Made by a program: the position numbers and the translations under genes. Under the pieces are notes generated by a model. The model did no database searches. It was not told where the DNA came from and saw only the letters and a program-made list of their open reading frames with translations. A DNA stretch of 64,000 nucleotides, taken from NCBI GenBank assembly GCA_963707025.1, contig CAVPOM010000004.1, forward strand, positions 576,001-640,000. The letters run 5' to 3'. This document shows positions 62,867 to 64,000 of the stretch, in pieces (positions within the stretch are counted from its first letter, which is position 1; each line of letters opens with the position of its first letter). This DNA is from an uncultured Verrucomicrobiae bacterium. GTDB lineage: Bacteria > Verrucomicrobiota > Verrucomicrobiia > Limisphaerales > Palsa-1400.

Positions 62867-63974
62867 ATGGGAAAAGCCACATTCTACCCAATCGGAAACG
62901 CGGACACCTGTCTGCTACAGCTCAACAACGGCATGGTCTTCTTCTTCGATTATGCGGACACGCATGATCCGGAGGAAAAGGACGACAAGCGGATTCCGCT
63001 GGCCAAGAATTTCAAAGAGGATCTAGGCTGGCCCAAGCGCAACTACGTCAACGTGGGCGCCTTCACCCACGGCGATATAGACCACCTGAAGGGGGCGCCA
63101 GAGATTTTCTGGCTGGAACACGCGGCCAAATACCAGGGTGCCGACCGCATCAAAATCAACGAAATGTGGGTGCCGGCAGCGCTCATCGTGGAGGAGGGCT
63201 CCGAGGACGAAACGAAGATCATCCGGGCGGAGGCCCGCTACCGTTTCCTGCGCAAAAAGGGAATCCGGGTCTTTTCCCGCCCGGAGCACCTCAAGGACTG
63301 GCTGGAGGAACAGGGCAAGAATCCCGCCGACTACACGGACCTTATCGTGAACGCCGGCAAGACAGTGCCCGGCTTCACGCTGGAGGGGCAAGGGATCGAG
63401 TTCTTTGTCCATTCCCCCTTCGCCAAGGCCACCGATGACGGCATGTTGGACCGCAACAACGACTGTCTGGTGCTACAGGCGACCATCCGGGTGGACGGCG
63501 CCGATACCAAATTCCTCATCACCGCCGATTCCACATGGGACCGCTGGGTCAATATCGTAGAACATCACCCGCGCCCATAAGAATGACCACCGGCTGGCCT
63601 GGGATATCCTCAAGATTCCCCACCACTGTAGCTATCTCTCGATGGCCGAGGAGAAGGGCGACTACAAGACCAAACCGACCCCGCAGTTCGAATGGCTGCT
63701 CAAGCAGGGTGCCCAGCGTTCGGTGATGGTGTCGAGCAGTTGGCCGGTCCCAAGCACCACGGAGGACCAGCCGCCGCATGTCGAGGCCTACCGCCGCTAC
63801 AAGGACACCGCCCAGGAACTGGATGCCAGCTTGGTCGTTACCATGGAGAACCCGAGCAAGGACAGTCCGAAGCGCACGGTCATCACCATCAACGGCAACG
63901 GGCCGACCCTGAAGCGGGACTTCATTCCAGCGGCAATCGCCATCACCTCAACGCGATCGCCACGGGTGGGATGA
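62867..63974 (+). CDS. Metallo-beta-lactamase-fold (ComEC-like) protein with C-terminal PRVG tail; +1 frameshift near 63560
   Basis: FYPIGNADT, THGDIDH, NNDCLV, ITAD; removing one base at ~63560 reads through NITRAHKNDHRLAWDILKIPHHCS into ORF 63642-63974. Confidence 0.85.
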
Positions 63975-64000
63975 GCGCCAAGCCCCAGTTATTGACGCTC
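63971..64000 (+). CDS. Start of a translationally coupled downstream gene (MSAKPQLLTL...)
   Basis: ATGA overlap with the MBL stop codon; only 10 codons visible. Confidence 0.5.
   Translation, partial: MSAKPQLLTL

Larger units (their letters stand above)
14806..64000. mobile_element. Putative composite genomic island integrated at tRNA-Arg; right end not seen
   Basis: Orientation of the tRNA 3' fragment puts the inserted DNA at higher coordinates; the region holds integrases, CRISPR-Cas, TA genes and many gene fragments, with no housekeeping operons. Confidence 0.55.

Overview
GC-rich bacterial DNA; a Verrucomicrobiota/Acidobacteriota-like source is an inference from gene content only. 1-14.7 kb holds the end of a catalase-related peroxidase gene, a tripartite RND efflux operon, gene remnants and a small NRPS locus (A-PCP, cytochrome P450, frameshifted C-A-PCP). 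A lone 3' half of tRNA-Arg(ACG) at 14754-14805 looks like an att site, so everything to its right is probably a composite genomic island. That region carries a complete type I-G (I-U) CRISPR-Cas system (36 repeats, with the leader-proximal spacers abnormal), a RecD2-like helicase, small accessory genes, and a glycosyltransferase/radical SAM/WG-repeat cassette between 69-bp direct repeats. It also carries an unusual ~12 kb tyrosine-integrase module (SSB, HTH-phosphoesterase, VirD4-like ATPase, sigma-like protein, tandem excisionase HTH, RuvC-like nuclease, HARE-HTH protein) with two 27-bp repeat arrays, bracketed by inverted 82-bp aldo-keto-reductase fragments. The rest is a large serine recombinase plus two ParB/RepB-like genes, an AbiE-type TA pair and, at the right edge, a membrane protein plus an MBL-fold protein ending in a PRVG tail that is probably the start of an E1-E2-JAB conjugation (defence-like) operon. 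Three single-base frameshifts in otherwise intact genes suggest assembly indels. All family calls are from visual motif recognition, not database searches.
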